A stretch of DNA of 32,000 nucleotides from Kiritimatiella glycovorans (GCF_001017655.1 NZ_CP010904.1:720001-752000); one strand, 5' to 3'. Counted from the stretch's first letter, positions 16,894 to 24,215 are shown. Notes: generated by a model not told the origin, from the sequence alone. Numbers and translations are program-made.

Positions 16894-16948
16894 CGTGCGA
16901 GTGGATGAGAGGGAGACGGAATAGCGATTCATTACGGAGGAGAATCGG

Positions 16949-17851
16949 ATGAGAAAATTATGTATGGCCTTGGCGGCAGTTCTCGTGGGTACGCTGGTTG
17001 CCGATGCGCAGACGGAATGGTGGTTTGAGAATGATTTTGCGGCCGGTTACGGTCGGCTCGAAAACGGCTGGAACTGGACCAACAACGCGAACCCGTACCT
17101 GAGCAGCAACCGGGTGGGGATTCTGACCGGCAACGAACCCAACATGGCCGGTACGAACTACTGGACCCCGAAGGCGCTCGATGATTTCTGGATCGAGCAG
17201 CGTGGAGGTACGCTGATGGATTACGGCGAGGATCTCTCCATCCGTAAAGACACCGTCTACACGCTGAACGACACCGGCAATGACGGGTCGTATACGAACA
17301 TCATCGTCCGCGACTATAAGCTCAATCTCTGGACGTGGGGTGGTACAAACCTGTTGAATCTTTACGCGGGAAACGTGTACGCCGACAAGACCTTCGGCAA
17401 CGCTTCGGACACACAGCTCACGCTCAGTAATGCTGTGGTCAACATTATGAGCAACAATATCAACGCCAACTGCGGGCTCACCCTGCTCTCCGGGGGGACC
17501 GGGGTGTGGCATCAGGTTCGCGCAAAATCCATCCCGACCATGGCGTTCGAAGATCCGGACGGGGATCCGACGATCGGCGACAATCACTTCATGGGTTCGA
17601 TCGTGTGGGAGACGAACGGTGCGAGTGCGATGACTCCGGCGGTCTGGAAATACTATCTCGGAAACGGGATCACGTACGACGGCAAGGCGATGCAGACCAC
17701 CAATGCTTCGCAGGACGATTATTATGCGAATTACTTTGTAATTTCGGACGACAATACGACGTTGACGGTGATTCCGGAGCCGACCACGTTCGGTCTGCTC
17801 GGATTTATCGGCCTTACACTTGCGGCCCTCCGCCGTAAACTGCACAGGTAG
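16949..17851 (+). CDS. PEP-CTERM sorting-domain secreted protein
   Basis: Signal peptide MRKLCMALAAVLVGTLVADA. The C-terminus VIPEPTTFGLLGFIGLTLAALRRKLHR gives PEP, a TM helix and a basic tail. GC content is visibly lower than in the flanking loci. Confidence 0.85.
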   Translation: MRKLCMALAAVLVGTLVADAQTEWWFENDFAAGYGRLENGWNWTNNANPYLSSNRVGILTGNEPNMAGTNYWTPKALDDFWIEQRGGTLMDYGEDLSIRKDTVYTLNDTGNDGSYTNIIVRDYKLNLWTWGGTNLLNLYAGNVYADKTFGNASDTQLTLSNAVVNIMSNNINANCGLTLLSGGTGVWHQVRAKSIPTMAFEDPDGDPTIGDNHFMGSIVWETNGASAMTPAVWKYYLGNGITYDGKAMQTTNASQDDYYANYFVISDDNTTLTVIPEPTTFGLLGFIGLTLAALRRKLHR

Positions 17852-17879
17852 TTTCGTCTGGTCTTACGATTCAGCATGA

Positions 17880-17913
17880 CCCCGCCGGTTTTTTTTCCCG
17901 GCGGGGTTTTTTT
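17880..17913 (+). terminator. Rho-independent terminator
   Basis: CCCCGCCGG, a 9-nt T-rich loop, CCGGCGGGG, then TTTTTTT, 29 nt after the PEP-CTERM stop. Confidence 0.75.
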
Positions 17914-17977
17914 GGGTCCGTGCATTGTGGAGGGACGGGGTGGAGGGTCGGCTTCCACGCCGACCGCAAAAAAGGAC

Positions 17978-18152
17978 GGGGTGGAACCCGTCCCTCCAAT
18001 GGATCTGGCCGCAGCTATACGTCCCCGCCGGGAAGACCACCTCCCCGCCACCCTGTTGCGCGCAGATGTCGATCTGCCTTCTGAATCGACGCCGTATCCA
18101 TCGTCTTTCCGTCACCCGTTGCCCCGAAATCGCGTACATTGAACAGGCCCAT
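17978..18152 (-). pseudogene. GH28 / pectate-lyase-fold glycosidase, N-terminal remnant with a frameshift
   Basis: The minus strand reads MGLFNVRDFGATGDGKTMDTASIQKA, then shifts frame by one nucleotide near 18074 to IDICAQQGGGEVVFPAGTYSCGQI. This is the typical GH28/Pectate_lyase_3 N-terminus. The rest of the gene is absent. Confidence 0.65.
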
Positions 18153-18187
18153 GTCATCCTCCTTATGAGCAGAACCTATCAGAGCCT

Positions 18188-18235
18188 TTGGGTAGGGCGC
18201 GATCTCCGAGCGCGCCGCTCTTCCGGACGGTTCTG
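18188..18235 (+). repeat. REP-like palindromic element, copy 1
   Basis: TTGGGTAGGGCGCGATCTCCGAGCGCGCCGCTCTTCCGGACGGTTCTG with stem GGCGCG/CGCGCC. Positions 18191-18235 match the reverse complement of 24171-24215 at 40/45. Confidence 0.7.
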
Positions 18236-18286
18236 CTGGACAGCAGAACCCCTGCCTTCCTTCATACGTGAATTCGTCCTGTGCTC

Positions 18287-18322
18287 TTGGGTAGGGCGCG
18301 ATCTCCGAGCGCGCCGCTCTTC
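18287..18322 (+). repeat. REP-like palindromic element, copy 2
   Basis: A 36-bp exact repeat of 18188-18223, 99 bp downstream in direct orientation. Confidence 0.7.
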
Positions 18323-18400
18323 TGCTTACCATGCGGGAACAATATTCGCCTCAAACAGGAATGCGCGTGGCACTTGGATTTCGTATGGTATCGGTTCTAA

Positions 18401-20380
18401 CCCGTCTTTCCCCGTTCGGCGGCCCAAACGTCTTTTTTCGGGGGTGTGACCTCCGTTTCGTCCTTTGTTTTCAAGGGGTCACGTTCCAAAAGGGGCTGTG
18501 GGGCAGACCTTGCCGGTTGACGACTTGATTTTCTGTGAAAAAATCGGGTTGTGTATTTGAAGTGCCACAGGCGACGCAAAGACGGCAAAGAGCACCGCTA
18601 CTGGAGCATCGTTGAAAGTGTGCGGACCCGGCGCGGCGTCATGAAGCGTCCGCTGCTCTATCTGGGCGAACTCAACGACAGCCAGAAGGCTCAATGGTGC
18701 TCGGCACTCGACGTGCTGGATGAATCGACCGATTCGGTTCGACAGATAAGCCTGTTCCCGGAAGACCGCACGCCGCCGCCGGAGGTGTCCCATCCCGTTC
18801 GGATCCGGCTTTCCCGGCTGAGCTTGCATCATCCGCGTCAGTGGGGCGGATGCTGGCTGGCCATGGAGTTGTGGAACGAGCTGGATCTGGACCGTTTCTG
18901 GAGCCCCCGTCTTCCCGCGAGCCGCAAGGGCACCGGCTGGCTCCACGTGCTCAAAACGCTGGTGACCTATCGTCTGCTCGATCCGGGCAGCGAGTGGCGG
19001 CTGCACCGCGACTGGTTTAAGGCCAGTGCCATGGCGGACCTGCTCGGCGAAGATGAGTCCATCGCGGCCAAAAACACGCTCTACCGCTGTCTCGATAAAC
19101 TCGGTGAACACAAAGCCGATCTGTTTTCGTTTCTAAAGACACAGTGGCGCCTGTTGTTCGACGCTTCCTACGAGGTGCTGCTTTATGACCTGACCAGCAC
19201 CTATTTTGAATGCGACGTGCCCGAACGCGAAGGGCTGCGCAAGTTCGGCTACAGTCGGGACAAGCGATCCGACTGCGTGCAGGTGGTCATTGCGCTGATC
19301 GTCACGCCCGAGGGCTTTCCGGTCGCCTACGAGGTGATGCCCGGGAACACCTCGGATAAAACGACCCTGCCGGACTTCCTGCGCAGGATCGAGGCGCAGT
19401 ACGGGAAGATGAACCGGCTCTGGATCATGGACCGGGGCATCCCGACCGAGGACGCGCTCGAACAGATGCGAGCAGAAGGCGCGAGCTATCTGGTGGGCAC
19501 GCCGCGCGGGCGGCTCAGCAAGCTCGAGGACCAGCTCTTCGGTCAACCGTGGAGGCAGGTGCAGGAGCAGATCGAGGTCAAGCTGGCCCGCGACGGGGAG
19601 GATCTTTACGTCCTCACCCGCAGCGGAAGTCGCTGCGATAAAGAGCGCTCCATGCGACAGCGCAAACTCAAGAAGCTCTGGAAGCGCCTGCATCAACTGG
19701 GGGGCATGAAAAACCTCAAGCGCGACGAACTTTTGCTGAAACTGGGTGCCGCCAAACAGGAAGCGGGCAAAGCCTGGGGTCTGGTGGACCTCCGCCTTCC
19801 CCAACCCCGCGAGGCCGTTACGCCGGAGAGCTTTCACTTCCGGCTGAACCGCAAAAAACTGCGTAAAGCCCGTCGAGGTGAAGGCACCTACCTGTTGCGC
19901 ACCAATCTGGCGGCCGAACAGCCCGAAGAGCTGTGGAAGCAATACATGGTCCTGAACGAGGTCGAGCAGGCCTTCAAGGAGCTGAAGAATGATCTGGATA
20001 TCCGCCCGGTGTATCACCAGAAGGATGAGCGGATCGAAGCGCACATCTTCGTGTCATTTTTGAGCTACGCTCTGCAAGTCACGCTGAAACAGCGGGCCAA
20101 AGCCAGGGCCCCGGGCTTGACCCCCCGCGCCATCCTGGAAAAGTTCAAAGCCGTGCAGATGATCGATGTGCACCTGCCCACGACCGACGGGCGCACCCTG
20201 ATCCTGCCGCGCTACACGCAACCGGAGAAAGACCTTCAGCTTCTGCTGCACCAGCTCAACCTGACGCTTCCGGAACAACCACCCCCTCGGCTTGAAGAGC
20301 TGAAGAAAAAATGTGGGGCAGACCTTTGAACTGAAATCGAAGAAAAAAGGCGTTTTCGCCGCCGAACAGGGAAAGACGGG
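18401..20380 (+). mobile_element. Intact IS1634-family insertion sequence (1980 bp)
   Basis: IRL is CCCGTCTTTCCCCGTTCGGCGGCCCAAACGTCTTTTTTCG. IRR, reverse-complemented, is CCCGTCTTTCCCTGTTCGGCGGCGAAAACGCCTTTTTTCT. It carries a single long transposase ORF. Confidence 0.85.
18551..20329 (+). CDS. IS1634-family (IS4 superfamily) DDE transposase
   Basis: GTG start. MYLKCHRRRKDGKEHRYWSIVESVRTRRG...LYLGEL is the hallmark N-terminus. DDE context LLYDLTSTYFE / WIMDRGIPTE / EVEQAFKELKNDL. Confidence 0.9.
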   Translation: MYLKCHRRRKDGKEHRYWSIVESVRTRRGVMKRPLLYLGELNDSQKAQWCSALDVLDESTDSVRQISLFPEDRTPPPEVSHPVRIRLSRLSLHHPRQWGGCWLAMELWNELDLDRFWSPRLPASRKGTGWLHVLKTLVTYRLLDPGSEWRLHRDWFKASAMADLLGEDESIAAKNTLYRCLDKLGEHKADLFSFLKTQWRLLFDASYEVLLYDLTSTYFECDVPEREGLRKFGYSRDKRSDCVQVVIALIVTPEGFPVAYEVMPGNTSDKTTLPDFLRRIEAQYGKMNRLWIMDRGIPTEDALEQMRAEGASYLVGTPRGRLSKLEDQLFGQPWRQVQEQIEVKLARDGEDLYVLTRSGSRCDKERSMRQRKLKKLWKRLHQLGGMKNLKRDELLLKLGAAKQEAGKAWGLVDLRLPQPREAVTPESFHFRLNRKKLRKARRGEGTYLLRTNLAAEQPEELWKQYMVLNEVEQAFKELKNDLDIRPVYHQKDERIEAHIFVSFLSYALQVTLKQRAKARAPGLTPRAILEKFKAVQMIDVHLPTTDGRTLILPRYTQPEKDLQLLLHQLNLTLPEQPPPRLEELKKKCGADL

Positions 20381-20382
20381 TT

Positions 20383-20922
20383 AACGAAGTCTTGCTCAAG
20401 GCGGCGGAGCTGCTGGTCAACCAGATAGTTGGTTTGATGAATAAGGCAGATGGCAATGTTGGCGACGGTTTCCGGCGGGCGGGTTTCGACAAATTCCCGG
20501 TAGAGTTCAAAGGTCTGCGGCTCTTGTCGTCCTAAATTGCGGACGAAGAGCGCCTCTTTACTGTTCGGCTCCCAGATGGTCAGGTCGCGGACGCGGAGAA
20601 AGTCGAGGTAGTCGTCGAGCAGTTCTTCGAGGCTGGCGCGCGCGACGTTGGTGAGTTTGATTTCCGTTTCCTTGGAGGTGAGGGCGGCTTTGCTGCCTTC
20701 GAGAATGTTTTTCTTTCCGGATCGGGCCGACTGAATCATCTGGTCAACGGTCCGGTCGCCGCGCGACAGGTATTTATGCGCGAAGCGAAAGGTAATGTCG
20801 TAGACGACTTCCGCTTTCTGGAATGAGAGCAGGGTTTGGTAGTCGCCACTTGGCGGGAGCACGGGATGAGAGTCATGGGAGCCATGAGATTCATGCGACT
20901 CATTCTTCTCATTCGTTCTCAT
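20383..20922 (-). pseudogene. Four-helix-bundle (23S rRNA IVS / Avd-like, suffix-domain type) gene, 5' part disrupted by IS insertion
   Basis: YQTLLSFQKAEVVYDITFRFAHKYL...QMIQSARSGKKNILEGS...LEELLDDYLDFLR...CLIHQTNYLVDQQLRRLEQDFV. After V180 the ORF-track reading continues into the IS end (NPSFPVRRRKRLFS). Confidence 0.8.
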
Positions 20923-21119
20923 CTTATTCCCCCCGTTTAATTAGGCGAACGGACCTTTAATTCGGCAGTTCACATAACACTTCTCACGCAAACCGAAAAA
21001 AGAGGGATAGGCTCGACGTGAAGTCAGAACCGCTTTATTCGTGGATTTTTGTGGGAAAGGGCAGAAGGGGAAGCACGAGGACCGCTTCGTTGAGTACGAG
21101 CACGATTCGGCGTACGGGT

Positions 21120-21143
21120 ATCCGGGCCGCGGACGGCCCGGAT
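21120..21143 (-). terminator. GC-rich hairpin downstream of the LacI gene (terminator candidate without a U-tract)
   Basis: ATCCGGGCCG-cgga-CGGCCCGGAT, a 10-bp perfect stem, 29 nt past the LacI stop. Confidence 0.35.
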
Positions 21144-21171
21144 CTCACCACAAAAATCTGCGAAGAGCCCC

Positions 21172-22137
21172 TCATCCCGAATCACGGATGACCAGTTTGC
21201 CGGGGAAAAGGATCTCCTCCGGATCGGCGGGCGTCATGAGCGATTCGAAAACGCGCCCGGCCATGGCGTCCACGTCCTGGCGGACGGTGGTCAGCGCAGG
21301 AATAAACTTTGCCGCGAAGGGGATGTCGTCGAACCCCGTGACCGCGACTTCACCCGGCACGTCGATCCCGCGCTCGTGCAGGGCCTTGAGCGCGCCCATG
21401 GCCATGCGATCCGTCGCGCAGACCAGCGCATCGGCCCTCGCTCCCGAGCCCGGCCACCGGCGCGCGGATTCGTATCCGGCCTCGAAGCCGCCGGACGATT
21501 GAGGCGCCGCGGCTGTGAATCCGAGTCCCGCGTCACGGGCGGCGTCGCGCAGCTTGCGTTCGCGCAGCCGGTGCGCGGGCAGTTTCTGAGAGAGAAATCG
21601 CAGTCGCCGCCGGTCGTGTGCGGCGAGATGATCGATCAGCTTTTCCGCCGCGTCCTCTTCGTCCGTAGTCAGCCGCACGCTGCGCTCCTCTGAAGGACCG
21701 TGCCCCACACGCACCACCGGCAGCTGCGTGAACGACTCCAGCCACGGTGCCCCGGCGTCGGATCCCACGATGATCAGCGCGTCGATCGCGTGCTTGTGCA
21801 GCGGCCGCAGATCCCGTTCGTCCGGAACCCGGTTGACAAATCCGGCCAGCACCAGCGAGTACTCATGCCTGTGGGCCTGCTCCTGGATCCGATGAATCAT
21901 CATCCCGAAAAAGGGGTCGTTGAAGTCGTAGACCGCCACGCCGACCGTCCGGGTCGCCTTGCCCTTCAGCGATAACGCCGCCGCGTTCGGCACATACCCC
22001 AGCCGCTCCGCCGTCTCCAGCACACGCTGCTGCGTCGCCGCCGCAATGCCGATCTCGTCCGCCGTGCCCGAAAGCACGCGCGAGACCAGCGCCACCGAGA
22101 CGCCCAGCCGCTCCGCAATGTTCCGCTGACTCACCAT
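21172..22137 (-). CDS. LacI-family transcriptional regulator
   Basis: Starting at the ATG at 22137 gives MVSQRNIAERLGVSVALVSRVLSG (HTH) followed by a periplasmic-binding-fold sugar-binding domain. It is divergent from the uronate operon. Confidence 0.85.
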   Translation of the reverse strand: MVSQRNIAERLGVSVALVSRVLSGTADEIGIAAATQQRVLETAERLGYVPNAAALSLKGKATRTVGVAVYDFNDPFFGMMIHRIQEQAHRHEYSLVLAGFVNRVPDERDLRPLHKHAIDALIIVGSDAGAPWLESFTQLPVVRVGHGPSEERSVRLTTDEEDAAEKLIDHLAAHDRRRLRFLSQKLPAHRLRERKLRDAARDAGLGFTAAAPQSSGGFEAGYESARRWPGSGARADALVCATDRMAMGALKALHERGIDVPGEVAVTGFDDIPFAAKFIPALTTVRQDVDAMAGRVFESLMTPADPEEILFPGKLVIRDSG

Positions 22138-22301
22138 AATAAGAGGGCAGTATGACGGGGAATCGGCCACGAAAACAAGCAGGACATGAAGCTGACCCCT
22201 CTTCATGCCCTTGCCGTATTTGTGATGAATCAGATCTTGCCGGTCCCGAAGAAACACTCTATATTCTCAAACCATTGAGTAAAGCTGAGGGAGCCTGATG
22301 T

Positions 22302-23117
22302 ATGAACGATTATTTTGATCTCGGCGGCCGGGTGGTCGCGGTCACGGGGGCGGCGGGCGTGCTGGCGGGCGGTACGGCGCGCTATCTCCAGCAGCGGGGG
22401 GCGACGGCGGTCTACCTCGATCTGGAGGGGGAGCGCCTGGACGCGGCGCTGGAACAGGCGAAGGGCATTTCCGATAAGTGCGCGGCGTTTCCGTGTGATG
22501 TGCTCGACCGCGACCGGCTGGCGCAGGTGCGCGACGAGGTAAAGCGCACATTCGGCCGCGTGGATGCCCTGATCAACGGCGCGGGCGGCAATATGGCCGG
22601 GGCGACGATCGGTCCGGAGCAGGAGGTGTTCGATCTGGAGGTCGAGGCCTACGACAGGGTGCTCGATCTGAACCTGAAGGGCACGGTTCTGCCGACGCTG
22701 GCGTTCGCGGAGGCGTTCCGGGAACAGCGCGCGGGGTGCGTGGTCAATTTTTCGTCCATGGCCGCCGGGCGGGCGCTGACCCGCGTGCTGGGGTACTCCA
22801 ACGCCAAGGCGGCGGTGGAGAACTTCACGCGCTGGATGGCGACCGAGCTGGCGCAAAAGTACGGCGACGGTCTGCGCGTCAATGCCGTCGCGCCGGGATT
22901 CTTTATCGGCGAACAGAACCGGAGGCTCCTTACGAACGAGGACGGATCCTACACGGAGCGCGGCCGGCAGGTGATCGATCAGACGCCGTTCGGCCGTTTC
23001 GGTGAGGCGCACGAGGTCTACGGTACGGTCCATTACCTGCTTTCCGACGCGGCGTCGTTCGTAACCGGCGCGGTGATCCCCATCGACGGCGGGTTTTCAG
23101 CCTACAGCGGAGTGTGA
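22302..23117 (+). CDS. SDR-family oxidoreductase, D-mannonate/fructuronate oxidoreductase-like (short-chain UxuB type)
   Basis: VTGAAGVLAG, NGAGGNMAGATIGPEQ, SSMAA...YSNAKAA, APGFFIGEQNRRLLTNEDGS.TERG, and a C-terminal IDGGFSAYSGV tail typical of the Bacteroidota/PVC UxuB-type SDRs. Confidence 0.75.
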   Translation: MNDYFDLGGRVVAVTGAAGVLAGGTARYLQQRGATAVYLDLEGERLDAALEQAKGISDKCAAFPCDVLDRDRLAQVRDEVKRTFGRVDALINGAGGNMAGATIGPEQEVFDLEVEAYDRVLDLNLKGTVLPTLAFAEAFREQRAGCVVNFSSMAAGRALTRVLGYSNAKAAVENFTRWMATELAQKYGDGLRVNAVAPGFFIGEQNRRLLTNEDGSYTERGRQVIDQTPFGRFGEAHEVYGTVHYLLSDAASFVTGAVIPIDGGFSAYSGV

Positions 23118-23120
23118 ATC

Positions 23121-24155
23121 ATGACGGATCATCAATGGGAACTTTTATGCCGGATCGTTGCGGGGGAGGCGGTCGAGACGCCTCCGGTCGGATTCATCAT
23201 CGACAGCCCGTGGCTGCCGGGCTGGCACGGGGTGAGCACCCTCTCGTACTACGCCTCCGACCGCGCCTGGCTGGAGGCCAACCTGAATGCGGTCGAGTCC
23301 TTCCCGGAGGTGATGTTCATCCCGGGGTTCTGGTCGGAGTTCGGGATGTGTACCGAACCCTCGGCGTTCGGTGCAAAATGCAGCTGGGAGACCGATGCGC
23401 TGCCGCACGCCCACCGCGTGATTACCGAGGCGGCCCGGGCGGGCGAGATCGCCAAGCCCGATGTGCGCCGGGACGGGCTGCTGCCTTTCGTGATCGAACG
23501 GCTCGCCGGCGCACAGCCGGCCATGCGCGAGGCCGGCCATGAAATCCGCTTCGCCGTATCCCGTGGCCCGCTCAATATCGCCTCGTTCCTGATGGGGACC
23601 ACCGAGTTTCTGCTCGCGCTCTACACCGAGCGCGAGGCGTGCGAGGCGCTGCTGAAGACCATTACCGATTTTGTCGTCGACTGGATCGGATATCAGAAGG
23701 AGCGGTTCGATACGATCGATGCCGTGCTCGTGCTCGACGACATCGTGGGGTTTGTGGGCGAGGAGGATTACCTTCAGTTCGCCCATCCTTACCTGGAGCG
23801 GATCTTCCAGTCGTTCCCGTTCAGTGTGAAGGCCTTTCACAATGATGCCAAAGGGCTGGTGTGCGCCCCGCATCTCTCCGGGGCCGGCATCAACCTGTTC
23901 AATTTCGCCTTTGAACACGGGTTGGATGAAATGCGCGCGTTGTGCGGGGAAGAGGTGACGTTGTGGGGTAACCTGCCGCCGCGCGATACCCTGGCCGCGC
24001 AGTCCCCGGACGAAGTGCGCGCCGCAGCGGCCGACATGGTGCGCGGCTGTACCGATCCCCGCCGCGTGCTGTTTTCGTGCGGCGGCGGCATGCCGCCCGA
24101 CGTCCGCAGCGAACAGCTGCGCGCGTTCGTGGAAGGGTGCAGACAGGAAGGGTAG
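23121..24155 (+). CDS. Uroporphyrinogen decarboxylase (URO-D/MtaA-like) family protein, function unknown
   Basis: The length, and motifs such as IDSPWLPGW, FWSEFGMCTEPSAFG, LDDIVGFV and FSCGGGMPP, fit the URO-D TIM-barrel family. It sits 3 nt after the SDR gene. Confidence 0.7.
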   Translation: MTDHQWELLCRIVAGEAVETPPVGFIIDSPWLPGWHGVSTLSYYASDRAWLEANLNAVESFPEVMFIPGFWSEFGMCTEPSAFGAKCSWETDALPHAHRVITEAARAGEIAKPDVRRDGLLPFVIERLAGAQPAMREAGHEIRFAVSRGPLNIASFLMGTTEFLLALYTEREACEALLKTITDFVVDWIGYQKERFDTIDAVLVLDDIVGFVGEEDYLQFAHPYLERIFQSFPFSVKAFHNDAKGLVCAPHLSGAGINLFNFAFEHGLDEMRALCGEEVTLWGNLPPRDTLAAQSPDEVRAAAADMVRGCTDPRRVLFSCGGGMPPDVRSEQLRAFVEGCRQEG

Positions 24156-24170
24156 GGATTCCAACGTACG

Positions 24171-24215
24171 TCAGGACCGTCCGGAACAGCGGCGCACTCG
24201 GGGATCGCGCCCTGC
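24171..24215 (-). repeat. REP-like palindromic element, copy 3 (inverted orientation, intra-operon)
   Basis: The reverse complement GGCAGGGCGCGATCCCCGAGTGCGCCGCTGTTCCGGACGGTCCTG matches 18191-18235 at 40/45. Confidence 0.65.

Larger units (their letters stand above)
15239..20380. mobile_element. IS1634-bounded composite element (5142 bp) flanked by TTAA
   Basis: An IRL-type end sits at 15239 and an IRR at 20380, with about 35/40 matches between them. TTAA lies at 15235-15238 and at 20381-20384. A 139-bp segment at 15236-15374 is identical to 18398-18536. Confidence 0.65.

Noticed and set aside
20236-20382. C-terminal 48 residues of the 228-aa four-helix-bundle ORF (NPSFPVRRRKRLFSSISVQ...).
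   Set aside because: This part is read-through into the IS1634 right inverted repeat and the antisense of the transposase 3' end. The true continuation of the gene is at 15236-15126.
21172-22257. LacI regulator starting at 22257 (361 aa).
   Set aside because: The first 40 codons precede the HTH and run through the intergenic CATGAAG hairpin. The ATG at 22137 gives the canonical MVSQRNIAERLGVS... HTH N-terminus.
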